DNA of 64,000 nt from the human T2T-CHM13v2.0 reference genome, Homo sapiens. Numbering within the stretch: position 1 is the first letter of the stretch; every line of letters starts with the position of its first letter. The stretch is from assembly GCF_009914755.1 (NCBI RefSeq), contig NC_060927.1; one strand, 5' to 3'. A model generated the notes under the pieces. The model saw only the letters and a list, made by a program, of their open reading frames with translations. It was not told the origin of the DNA and did no database searches. Shown in pieces: positions 1 through 15,619 of the stretch. The translations under genes were made by a program, and so were the position numbers.

Positions 1-349
1 TGATCAAAGCCGAATTAATTAGAGAAATACAATTTAAGTATTTCACTAACTATATGAGAAAAACAACCAACACAACAGCAAACCATCTTCCAATACACCT
101 ATAATGATACTGAGTTAAAACTGTTTTATAAGAGATTTCTGTAGAATTTTTAGGCAGTAGATTAAGTTTACATGATTAGAATTGCTTCAGCACATGGATC
201 AGCCAAAAGGATTTGCCATTGCATTTTTGAACTCAGCATATTTCTTACTAACTTGCAGAGGATGGCATTAAAATAAAAGCATATTAACTCTGTATATTTT
301 GAATTAAATTAAGTAGCATGCAAAAAAATAAATATAACAGGAAGAACTA

Positions 350-1800
350 GTATTTATCCCTAAAATTCAAGGATGATCCAATTAGAGAATTCATTAGCTG
401 CAAATTATATTGAAATAAGCTAAAGATAGATTTGATCAAATTCTACATTCATTCCTGGCAAAACAATAAAACCAGAACAGACTATTTCTCCAACATAATA
501 AAATAAAACTTATATCAAGCCAAAAGCAGTAGTCATGGTTAATGTTTATATCTTCCATTGATCAAATCATTTGTATTAAAAATCAAGAACAAGACAAGAC
601 GTGAGCTCTCATTCTAAATCAATAACACAAGAAAACAAAATAATTTAAAAAATCAAAAACAGGAAAAACATTTCAATGTTAATACAATTGCCTACCTAAT
701 CAGCTCAAAAAAGAAAATAAATTAGCCAGTTGCAAATTTAATGCAACTTTCCAAAACAAGACATATATAAGATGATGAAAAAATCTCTTTAGAAAACGTT
801 GCTCAAAATCATACGAAACTTAATCACATCTAAATATGCTCTATGTAAAGAGAACAGGAATCTAACTATTAAACAAGATAATTTAAATACATGCAATGGG
901 ATAGCTTGCATTAATATTTTCAAAGATGCATTACTTCTAATGTTAGCCTATTTGTTAGATTTATAATGAACATTTTATTAGATTTTTAGAATTGGAAAAT
1001 AATGATTTTTAAGTTTATCTAGAAATATAAAGATTTGTGTAAGAAAATGTGATGGAAAGTCTTAATTTATTATGTAATAAATGAGGTTAAAATTTTATTT
1101 TAATCAAATAAATGGACACTACTGTCAAGTTATATATATAGAATAATCACATTAAGTTTAAATTTAGGAATTTATATTGAAACATATAATATAAAGATAA
1201 CATTTCTTTTTAGTGGGTAAAGGATAGAGGTTAATCCTATACTTAATGCCAAAGCAAAACTCAGCTGTATTAAATATTCAATATATCATAATATGTAAAT
1301 ATATATATATATCATCAGAAGTCCATATAGGTAAATATCTATATAATCATAAGCTAGGAAACAATATATTTAATAAAGAAGTCAGTTGAGTACATAACAT
1401 TTTTTTTAAAGTCTATATGAAGAAAGACCATAGTCTTTAAGAGGAGACAAACATCAGGAAAACCATTTGCAACAAATTTAAAACATGAGATTAGTATCAT
1501 AAATATGTAAAACTATTCATACAAAATAATTTCAAAAATTCAATATCTACATCGTACAATTCACTAATTATATGTTATAAAAATTGAACTGTAAAACACT
1601 AAATATTTGTGAAAAAACATGTCTCAGTGTCAATGCTAATTATAATAGTAAATACATTATTAAATAACTATAGTACATATTAATAAGTATGTGGTAAATA
1701 AACTGGAAAATCCAAGAGTAAGCTAAATTTAAATAAGAAGGGATTTGTTTAAATACATTTTTATACATCTAAGGTAACATTACAAAGTTAATTAAAATAG
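350..1800 (+). mobile_element. Highly decayed ancient LINE-1 (L1ME-like) ORF2/3' fragments
   Basis: A-rich + strand with degenerate L1 ORF2 motifs (tttatccctaaaattcaaggatg, tttgatcaaattctacattcattc, aaatcaagaacaagacaaga). Boundaries approximate. Confidence 0.45.
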
Positions 1801-3221
1801 CATGCATTTTACTATGAAAATTATTTTATGACATAATTTGTTTGCAGAAAACACCAGTGTTTTAAACCTCTTTAAATATTAAAGATTTAAACTTTTGTGA
1901 TATAAAACACATATTTATATAAAACTAAGACATAGAAAATTGTAAGGATGTATAATTATCTAAAAATATAATAAAAGTTATCTCTGGCTGGAGGAATAAC
2001 AGTTATCCCTGGCTAGTGAAGATATTATATATTTTCATTTTCATTGTGCCTTCTCTATATTCTTTAAAATTATGAGCTACTTTTCTATTTTTAAATGAGT
2101 TTTTTGTTATCCAAGTCTGTAGGTTAATAAGTACAAATATTGAATTAGGATGCTGAAACAGAGACTTGGATGAATTGTGGAAAATACTCTTTAGAAATAC
2201 TTTATCTCACAAATTATAGTCAAGTAACCAGGACCTAAATACATCCATTCACTCTGTCTTGTGCTTTTTTTTCATTTTGTGTGTATCTGCATACCTGTTG
2301 CAAGACCAACAGTGTGGGGTGCTGCCAAGCTAGGAAGCAAGGGACTATTCCTGTGAGGTCAGTTGCTGGGGCCTTATTGCCTGGAAGAGGAAAAATATCT
2401 CAAAAAAGAATATTGAAAGTATCAATTAAACATTTTTGAAAATCCAGGTACTGATTTTCACAATTGTCTTTATGATCCACCTGTAAGTGTTGATGCAGTT
2501 TTGCTTAGGTTCCAAAGTAAAGACTAATGATAGATTCAGATTAATGGAAATACCATGTCAGGCTAGAAGTTAGTGTATACCATAATGTTTGTCCCCTCAT
2601 CTGTACAATGAATATTACCACTGTAGTGGGAATTAACTTTTCCATTATGTGTGAGCAATCTTTAGGATAGAGGTTAACATTCAACAGTCAGAAACATCAA
2701 TCAAAATTCTTTTCTTTTGCACTTGTAGGAGCTCATAAAAGTTTTAATGATGAATATATTTTATTCAAAATGACATTAGTACAAAGAAAATAAAAATAAT
2801 AATTACCTTGAATTGAGTTGTAAGAACTCTTCCTTTAATGAGCAATGTTGCATTTGAACACGTTAATGGGTCATACAAATCCTGATGTGAAGAGCTAGTA
2901 GGAATTTTTCTGTTTATGTTAATGAAAAAATATATATAGTCTTCTATTTCACAACTTTTGTGTGTGTAATTTTAATATTTGACTATTATTCATTGGGGCA
3001 TGCATTTAGAGGATAGAAATAACAATTTTTTTCTGAAATTAATATTTTAATTTTCTGGCTACAGAAAATGTATGTCCAATTAAGAAAATTTGGGCTATGT
3101 AATAGTATAGTAAGAATCACATCTGGGCAGACCACTCACAGATCATTAACACTTCCATTAATTAATATATTCTTAACATTAATATTTATTATATATATAT
3201 TGGTTTCCTGCTAGCTTTGTC

Positions 3222-3350
3222 TTTTTTCCTCCTTCCTTTTCCTTTCCTCCGTCTATTGCTTTCTTCCTCTCTCCCTCTCTTCCTTCTTCCTTTATGTTCT
3301 TCCTTTCTTATTCCTTTTTTTCTCTCTTTGTCTCTTTATATTTATTCTTT
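3222..3350. repeat. CT-rich low-complexity tract
   Basis: Pyrimidine-rich run (ttcctccttccttttcctttcctcc...). Confidence 0.8.
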
Positions 3351-5264
3351 TTATTATGTATCAACTGGCCTATCAGCCACATGATCTCTCATCTTTCAAC
3401 ATATTTATAGTTAAGGACATATTGCATATGCATCCTCCATTCATTTGCCTTTTTAGAAATTAATTTTTATTGTGAGCATTTTTAATATATTGAAATGTTA
3501 GCTATAAGTATAATTTTGAATGGTTTATAAAATTCCACAATAAAAAGGGCTTGACTAAATCACACCATTAATGTTGGCTTGAAATCCTTCTTTACATTGC
3601 TGTTTTTAAACTGCCTCTCTTTATTGTTGCTATAGGACAATGCCAGAATTGTTATCCCCCAAATGACTTTAAAATACTGCATACATCAACAAGGTATTTA
3701 GAATTTAGATTAACTTTCTATATATATTTAGAAATATTACCTGGACATATTTAATTTAATTTAATTTAGTTTGTGTGTGCGTGTGTTTATAAAGTTCAGC
3801 TATTATGAAAGAGTCATCACTTTCATGAAAAGAGATTATACTTACAGGAAATTGTGAACATCAATTTAATACATACGTAATTCATCATTTTTCAGCCATG
3901 TTTTCTAAAACCCTTCCAAATTGAGTGTGCCCACTGGGCCTCAGTCAGAGACATAAAGAAAAATGAAAACAAAAACAAATAAACTAGATTGAATTATATG
4001 AGCTCAGTAGAGTTATTGTGAAAAGGAATCAGCCTATATAACTATATATTTTTCTCATATTTTTATTAAGTAAAAGTTGTCATGCTGCCCAAACCAAAAT
4101 TCTCTATGAATTCTTAAGCAGAAAAATAAATACTACGGTCATAGGTTATTTCCAAATCAAGGCCAAAACAAAGATTTTTAGAAAGAAAACTGGTGCTCCA
4201 AATAACCTATCTGAAAACGAAGTCTGTTGAGCCACCACAGAGAGCTGTAATAGTCATGTCTGGGGAATTCTAGGCATTCTGTAGCTGTTTGCTGGAGTTC
4301 AGAGTAATGAATCCAAGCAATCTCAATTGCCTTGCCTACTGTAGAATGGTTGTGCCTCAATTTTTTTCCTTTATTTTTCCATCTATGACTCAAGATTAAA
4401 AAGTACCAGACCGTGAAAGAATGCTACAGTGTTAGAGTTCATATGGCAGTAATTTCTCTTTGCTCTGCTGTGAATTCTCTTCCTTTTTATTCTTGCATTT
4501 TTCCCTTCCGTTTTATAAATGAAGTCTGAATCAGTTATTACTGCATAAGGTTAGGCTACTGATATGGACACCAAGAAAATTGTGATTTAGTAAAATAATA
4601 ATGCATTAAACTTGGGTGGCACATTTCCTCACAACTTTCTTGAACATTAATCATCCTCAGACTTCCCCATCAGGCAGGAAATTTGGACAAAAAAGCAAAA
4701 AAAAAAAATGCTGAGAATTGTCAAACTTATTAAAAGCCAAAATGAAAGCAGAGGTAAAAGTTTTTCAAAAATAAACCACAGTTTTGCATTGGTATCTGCC
4801 TGTCTTATTTTGTAGCTAGACCAGCCCAGCTGGGGATAGAGCTTGCTCACTGACAGATTTATGCAATGGGAATAAAAAGTCAGGAAGGTGATAAAATACT
4901 ATTCCCTGTGCTCTGACATAAATATCTGTAAGAAGGAGCAAGCAATTTTTTCAGAGGTCAATATTCTCTTAATTAATTTACTTTTATTACTTTTTTCAAT
5001 GGGACATAAAGTTAGGGGTATATTTAAGAAGACCCCTCTCTGCACCAGAGAAGCATTGACCATTTACTCTATCCTCCATCTTTGAAAATAAATTCTAACA
5101 TGATGGAATTGAAATTCAAGGATATACTCTGGGATTTAGAGATTTTGGTGGAACACAAGAAAAGTTTCAAGTATTTTGGGTATACTTCTTGTGATTTATT
5201 TTGGGTGTTTTTCTGAAACTGCTTTGTGTTCTCTTCTCTCTCTCTTGTATTCAATGCCCTCTAC

Positions 5265-5845
5265 TAAGGAGAAAAAAGAACACATCTGTATTTGAACAAG
5301 TTGAGTTAATTTCCCATCGTAGCAAAGGACAATGCACATCATGGGGAATTGTGGAGCATCTCTGTAAATGGGTTTTAGAAATGACTTACTCTATCTGAAC
5401 TTTGCTTTAGTGATTTTCGGGAGGATTGAAAGAAGTGGGCTTACTCTGGATTGGATGCTATCATAAAGTTTAGACAATTCTATGACTGAGTTTAATCTAG
5501 AAGGGAGATAGATGAGAGCAAGTCTAACACTGTTTCATAAGGAAATAGCATTCACTCGTATTAACTGGTTTAAAGAAATGTTTAGTCACTTATTTGATGT
5601 GGACAATGTTCATATTTTGCCTTTGTACAGGAATTATTATGAAGTGGTCTTGCCTTAGTCTTGGTCTATCATGGTGACAGAATAGCCTTGTCTGATATTA
5701 ACGTTTTCTGAGATTGTTTATGTCCAATAGAAGAATATCAAAGCCTAGTTGAAGAGCCAGACCACCCCATAGCAACACCAAGACTTAGCTGTTACTACTA
5801 GCAGGCTGACTCCTGGAACTCAGGTGTTGCCATTCTCTTTCTCTC
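5265..5845 (-). mobile_element. ERVL-class solo LTR, MER76-like
   Basis: Reverse complement matches recalled MER76 blocks (ggacaatgttcat, tggtcttg...catggtgacagaatagccttgtctgat, ttgtttatgt, terminal ttctctttctc). Confidence 0.6.
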
Positions 5846-6511
5846 TTCTTCACTACAATATCCCAGGCTTGAATCTCATGTCTTATGGAGAAGATATTCT
5901 AGGAAACCAAGCAGGCACTAGATGAGAAAAAAGAGAAGTCATAAGAGAGGAAACAGCTTAAATTATACTTTAGTATAGACAAAAGAAGGCATCAGGCTTC
6001 AGAAATAGCCTAATTTCAACAATATAAGAGATTGTAAACGTATCTGACTCAAAAGCAACATATGATCATGAATAGCATTCATTTTGACTTTAAGTACAAT
6101 GAAAAGAGAGAGAAAGAATCTATTTAAGAACCAAGAACCTGAGACTAAGCAGAATTCAGAGAAGCTAGTCACATAAAGACACTATTTTTCCATAAGAATT
6201 GAGAAGTCCTGTGTAATTCTCATCTGTACCCATATATGATCATAATGCAGAAATAAATGTATTTCATTGGTGAGACATGGAATTTGTATTCAGATATCAT
6301 ACTTTTTCTATACGTTTTCTATGGTTAAAACTTTATATTATTTCACTCCATCACACATTTATGCATCAATTTATTTATTTCATGAAAGTGTCACCAATTC
6401 CACATGGCATACTAAGTGGATATTGATTGAATCAATCAAATACAGTTTCCGCCCTTTCGATGCCAACATTTCACATGGAAGAAACCAATTTTTAAAGTAA
6501 TTTTAAAAACA

Positions 6512-6902
<391 letters not shown>

Positions 6903-7045
6903 TGAAGAAGTCAGCAAAATGAGAGAGAAGTGAATGGATTTGGAGAAAGTAACAACCTACATTAAAAATTATAAAAATCTCCTGAGGAGAAAAAAATTCA
7001 TCTGTGATTTGGCGAGGGAAGAAAAGTACAGACCAGGACAGGTAC

Positions 7046-7595
7046 TGTATTAGTCATGGTTCTCTAGAGGGACAGGACTAATAACATAGATATGTATCAA
7101 TGTAAGGGAGTTTATTAAGGAGTACTGACTCACACGATCACTAGGTGAAGTGCCGCAATAGACCATCTGCAAGTTGAAGAGCAAGGAAGCCAATTCGAGT
7201 TCCAGAAGCTCAAAAGTACAGAAGCGGACAGTGCAGCCTTTAGTCTGTAGCCCAAGGCCCGAGAGCCCCTGGCAAACCACTGGTATAAGTCCAAGAGTCC
7301 AAAAGCTGAAGAACTTGGAGTCCAATGTTTGAGGGAAGGAAGCATCCAGCACGGGAGAAAGATGGAGGCCTGAAGACTCACCCCGTCTAGTCCTTCACAT
7401 TCCTCTGCTGCTTTTACCCTAGACACGATGGCAGGTGACTAAATGCCGCCCACCCAGATTGAGGGTGGGTATGCCTCTCCCTGTCCACCAACTCAAATGT
7501 TAATCTCCTTTCGCAACACCCTCACCGACACACCCGGGAACAATATCTTGCATCCTTCAATCCAATCAAGTTGACACTCAATATTAACCATCACA
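7046..7595 (-). mobile_element. HERV-L solo LTR, MLT2A (550 bp, MLT2A2-sized)
   Basis: Minus strand begins TGTGATGGTTAATATTGAGTGTCAACTTGATTGGATTGAAGG and ends ...CTAATACA. Perfect 5-bp TSD GGTAC (7041-7045 / 7596-7600). Confidence 0.92.
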
Positions 7596-7989
7596 GGTAC
7601 CCAAATGTCACAGTAAAGAAAATGGTTTGGATAAAGCATTATAGGTAGTCTGTTTCTGTGCCCCACCATGCTAAGCAGGACAACACCAAGAAACCAGAGG
7701 CTCACTGGAGAGATGAGCAGATAATAATGGGTGATGCTAACCACCTCCTCATTCCCACAAACACAGACACACACACACTCATACACACCAATGCTAAAGA
7801 ACCTTACTTTAAAAAATAACAACTCCTGGAAAAGAACATCATCTGTAGTGGAAGTTCAAGCAGTTACTATAGGAAGTAGAAGGATTGATGTTTGGAAACA
7901 GAACAGCCAGTAGGGGTGGTTCTTTGTTATATGTAATCCCTGTGCACACGTACATTAAAACACATACACATGCCCATAAACTTAAACAC

Positions 7990-9850
<1,861 letters not shown>

Positions 9851-10210
9851 TTACAAACAATAAAATCTATATACACTTTATTTATTCCAGTCTTACAATA
9901 ATTTTTAGAGCATAGTCAACAAGCGACAGTTACAACAATCTAGGTGCTTTAATTTCATTGTCATTTGTATCAGTTATGTATAAAGCCATGATATTAGAAG
10001 AAAGATTCATATGTAAAAAAAAAATTTTGTTTGGACCTTAATACTCTCTATTGATGTTTTCCTTTTAAACAAGGAATATACATCAGAGAGATAGGAATTA
10101 TTTTTTGCTTTGTGTTCAGAAAGTTTCACGTAATACCATTTTGTAATATTTGTATAAATATTGCCTTGTAAAATAACTTATGTAATAGCATTTTATATGT
10201 TAGTTCATAT

Positions 10211-10347
10211 TTATTTTTTTCCTTTAATTATTATTATACTTTAAGTTTTAGGGTACATGTGCACAATGTGCAGGTTAGTTACATCTGTATACATGTGCCA
10301 TGTTGGTGTGCTGCACTCATTAACTTGTCATTTAGCATTAGGTATAT
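10211..10347 (-). mobile_element. Young L1PA (PA2/PA3-like) 3' terminal fragment
   Basis: ttattatactttaagttttagggtacatgtgcacaatgtgcaggttagttac...tttagcattaggtatat is the reverse of the hominoid L1 3' UTR end. Confidence 0.9.
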
Positions 10348-10453
10348 AAACTCAGTCCTTAGAAGAAAAATATAAAGTCACTAATAATCCTTGGCATATA
10401 CTTGAGGATAAATACTTTGGTATCAAATTATGTTCTTATAAAACAAATTAAAA

Positions 10454-10828
<375 letters not shown>

Positions 10829-12807
10829 TTAAATTTTTTCTGCAAGTGAATATACAAAGGAAGATTATGAAAGGAAAATAATTGTTTCAGATGCTTATCC
10901 AAAAATTACATTATGCAATTTTTCACTTCTTCCTTTTTTTCCAATGCATTATACCTAAACCCAAAATGGAATCCTATTTAGCATTACCACTAAACATCAT
11001 ATATTTTTTATAACTAGGTAAAATTTGGAAAAATCATTAAATTTGTCTCAAATTTTATTCAATGTTTGTTCTAGAAACTAAGTTCATACAAGACATAGTT
11101 GATGAGACTCTTACATAAAAGTTACTGATTTTTGGAGAAATATTAGAATATATTAAATAGTTTTAAAAGAAAAATAGAAATATTTCCATCTTAAAACAAA
11201 TGTATGTTTCAATAAGCACTTGTAGGAAAATCCTCTTATTAAGAAATCTTAGATATAAAAAGAATATTTATATTATCTGAATCTAAGGGTCAGCATTCCA
11301 TAACGGCTACATGAATATACATGAATTTGATTTATTTAGAAAAAAAGGAAGAAAGAGAGAGAGAGATTAACAGACTTAATCAGGAAACCAAAGATTTTTT
11401 TAAGCAATTACATTTGTTAAAATTTAGTTATTACCATTTTCCAACAAAGGGAATCAAACATATAGAAAATATATATATACTTCAAATAAGAATTGTGTCT
11501 TTAAAATTACTTATATTCTCTTAAAACATCTAATAAAGTTCAAATATTTACTTGAAGTCTGGTGCGGAGTTTTGGCCTTAATACACTTCCACTATGAGGT
11601 TAATAGAAATCCAAAATTCCAACTGAGCTCTTCTCCAGAACTTTCGAACATCTGTTAATCTTTCTTCATACACTGATTGCTATCTATGATGATAAGGGAG
11701 AATTCAGGACATTTTTAAAGTAGCAACTATCCATCTATTGCAATCTAGTCACAATGTTCCATGCAGAATAGACAGAAGGGGCCCAGAGCCAAAAAATTCT
11801 GACATTTAAAAGGTCTTGACATTTTCCAGAGACTCATGCCCAATTACAAGCCAAGGATAGTTCACTCTCACAACAGAGCTATTGTGTAGCTGTGCAGCAC
11901 AACTCTGTTTCCGATTATTTCCTCTTTCTTTATGACACCACGATTGGAAAGGTCAAGAGTTTGCCATTAGTTTTTCACCCAACACTTTGAAACGGACTCT
12001 TTTCAGCCATTTATTATGATTATTCATTAGAAGTTTTCTATATCACTGAAAAGACACATCTTCAATTGAAAATAATTTGAAGAATGAATTATTAAATAAT
12101 CCACCAACTATGTTTCACATTCTTTTAATTCACTTTAAAAATGTGTACATTGCTTGTCATACATGTATGGTTTCCATGTTGATTATACAATGTGCCTTTG
12201 ATTTCTTCTCATCTGGTCTCTAACCATCATTAATAGAATGGCATGTATTTGTTCTACATGTAGTATTATTATTAGTGTATCTGTCTGTAACTATATATGG
12301 GACAATATATTGTGAATATTATATTCAAATAATTTATCTATTTGGAGAAATTCAACTATGAAAGCTGTGAATAAGTGAAATGCACTTGAACTAGCCAAGG
12401 TCTAAAGGGAATGCATAATAGAGATACAGAGTGCCACAGAAATCTCAGGAAAAGGATCCTAGACCTCAGAATTGCATTGGCCTATGACCTCACATGATTA
12501 TTTCCATAATCTCGGTTATTTAATACTGCAATTTGGACTCAGACTCTGGTTTTGTGAGTGATAATCTAATGCTCATTTTAGCATAAAATTAGAATTAATC
12601 TAAAAGCAATCAGAAGTCTCATGGGTGTTTCACATAACTGAAATATATATCTCCTTAGTAGCCCATTCATTTTTTTCCTTTTGAATTAAGCTCTTATGAA
12701 AAGATATGCATTCATATAAAGAAATCTAGAAGGACAATGGCAGATGTAATGCTTTTAAATAGCAATTGCAATGAACATTTGTGGACCTTTCCTGAATGCA
12801 TTTGTGC

Positions 12808-13319
12808 TGAAGGAGTAAGGAATATGCCATCCCAAAATACGTTACTCTGGCATATTGACTATTTTGAGGTAAGGACTTGAAAAACAGCAGGTGTAAGAAG
12901 ATCACTCTAAACTTCATGCTGTTTCTTAAAAATCAGGAGATGAAATTCTCTTGTAAAAAATGTCCTTTTCTTCAAGACCAAAAGGAAAATATCATTCTTA
13001 TCATCAAGGACAGGAAGTTGAGGTTAAGAGAAATTTGTACAAACCAACCTTGTTACACTAACTTATCTTTCTAACAATTTCTTCACTCAACACCCTCACC
13101 CAAGTCCCTTTGCATGCTTTCTCATTTTCATAATTTACTACTCTTTGTTTAATTCAATACATAAGGGTTCAATTCCAACTGCATTTTTGGGTCTTCATTT
13201 CATTATTAGAGCTCCCAAATCACATAAAACTTATAACAAATAAATGTTTATGCTTTTCTCTTGATGTTGATCTTTATTTTATCCCAAGAAGGTAAAGGTA
13301 AAAATTTGCCTTCTCTACA
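12808..13319 (+). mobile_element. ERV1 solo LTR, MER34 family
   Basis: Starts TGAAGGAGTAAGGAATATGCCATCCCAAAATA and ends ...CCTTCTCTACA. 4-bp TSD GTGC/GTAC with one mismatch. Confidence 0.75.
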
Positions 13320-15619
13320 GTACTTACTGGTACAAATGCACTTTAGTAAAATCATCACAGATATCACAAGTCTTTGTATGGGTGTTATGTGAAACAATGT
13401 GTGTGCCTCTAAGAGGAGAAGCACAAACCCCAAATCCACACATAGCCAACACACAATCTTCTGCTTCCTCTTGTGTAGGGCACTGGTTCAAGGAAAAAGT
13501 GAAATGCTAAATAACCAATATTGTAGAAGTATGACTAAGCATTTTTTAGCAAGAGCACCTCAGCAATTTTTATAGTAGTGATGGCTAAAGACAGGGCTCT
13601 CTTCAATTGCCTATCTGACTTCTGTTCTATGATAACACACACTAACTTGCATGTTTGGTGGTGAATATGTAATGACTATATTGCAGACATTGTGTTTTTT
13701 TTTTAATAGAAACACACCTAGCTGGCAAAATCCTATTCAAGTAAATTCTAAAAATTGAATTTCTGTTGAAGATTCCAAATGATACATGGGCTTCATCTTT
13801 CTCTGGTGACTTCTCAATATGAAAGTGTAAACTGAAGACAGGGTCAGAAGTTTATAGTCAGAAAGATTTTGAAAGATTGGATGTTATTTTTAACTATTCC
13901 TACTTGATATAAGAAATCCATGGCAACAAAAAACATAAATTATAATTCTTCTCCCTAATTTTACCAGGTAAGAGTAAATGTTCTTGTCTTCTGTAATAAG
14001 AAATTCCCTGTGGCATTTTTAATATATTATCTTGTATTGTATACTTTATAACACACTTTGTTCTAATTAATTTTTCCCATCACCTCTAAGATTTTTAAAG
14101 TCTAGAATAAAATGTAATTTTTTTGGTAACTGCTACAGTACCTAATTCACCCCGGATGCTCAGCAAACATTGGATCATCACCCATAACCCCTGATTGATC
14201 TGCTATTACATCAAGAGGAAAGGAAGAGTGGAGCAGAGCTTGACAGCTGGGGCAAAGCCATGGAACTTATGGAATACAGAGATGTGCCCTCTATAAGACT
14301 GCAGTAATCTATTAATAGAGAAAAGACTGTACAGTTCTGGAAGAAGGTGAGTGGTTAAGGTCTGATCCAGACAGGTTGCTGTTTGGGGAAGAAAGAATTT
14401 TACTTGGAAAAGAAAAAGAAAAATACAGTGTATGCTATTTCTTCCTTTGGGAAAAGAAATGTAGTGTCAAGTAAATTTGCAAGTCATAAAATCTCCATAC
14501 CATTCAACAAATATTCTACATGTGACCCTATGGATGCCTTATCATAAGGATTGAAATATGCCTGGAGATCTCTAACATAAAATTGTAAAGAATGGGCAGT
14601 CAGTAGGCTGTGCCTAAATGTGACAAGGAGGAATATAGATGAGGAAGAATAATAAAAAACAACAGAGACCAAATATTTCTAAATGGATTATGAGAAGATG
14701 GCACATGTAGTGTATTTACATATTTCTTAGAAACTGATACAAATAATTTAGTTAGCTCCCTCTGCAGCTATGTTTACAATCTGTATAATGTGCACTTGCT
14801 TTTTTTGCCTGGAAAGTCAATTTTCTTCTCGTTTAGAAAGTTGTAAAAGAACAGAGAATTGCAGATACACAAGATGTGTTGAAAACAGGATATATTAACT
14901 TCACATTTTCTTACTAGAAAGCCTTTCTACTGTTGTGAAAAGAATAAAATCTAATACATAACTTTGGAAGCATTTTTCATAAGCCTTCATCATAAGCTCT
15001 TCATTCGTCTCAGGAGGAAATTGAGTTTTGTATTAGAAAAATGTTACTGGAGTACATTTAGTTTCTATATTTTCATGGCTTTGATTCAGAAATGTGAGGT
15101 AGCATAATGTATTCACGAAATCCAATAATGAATCATATGTGTATGTTTTAAAATTTCAACCCATTTTATTTTATAATCATAAGTATGTGAATCACAGATA
15201 TCAAATCATGGAAAAAGAAACCATAGAACTTGGAAATCATAGAAGATGGCTCAACTAAAAGAAAAATCCATCTAATTAAAAATAATTATAATACCTTTCA
15301 AATGCCTCCAGATATGCTAGTCTCTATCTTAACAACAGGATTTTAAGTATAATGAATTTATGTACTTCTTATTCTTACAAATGTATTTCCTGTGGTGTAT
15401 GCATAAACGAGAAATACTAAATTAAATATTAGACATTGATTCTCTGATGTTTGAAGCCCGTTACCTATTGAGCATTGTTCTTCAAAGTGCAATGCAAATG
15501 ACGCCTTTAAGATTTTTTGTTTCATTTTGCTTTCTGATTTAAAAATATAAAAATGGCATTAAGAACCTTCATAGATATGCTACTCAAAAGATGCTAAATT
15601 TACTTAAACAAAATGTTAA

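Noticed and set aside
4178-5398. 60-71 aa ORFs in largely unique sequence
   Set aside because: No recognisable domain, codon bias or convincing splice structure.
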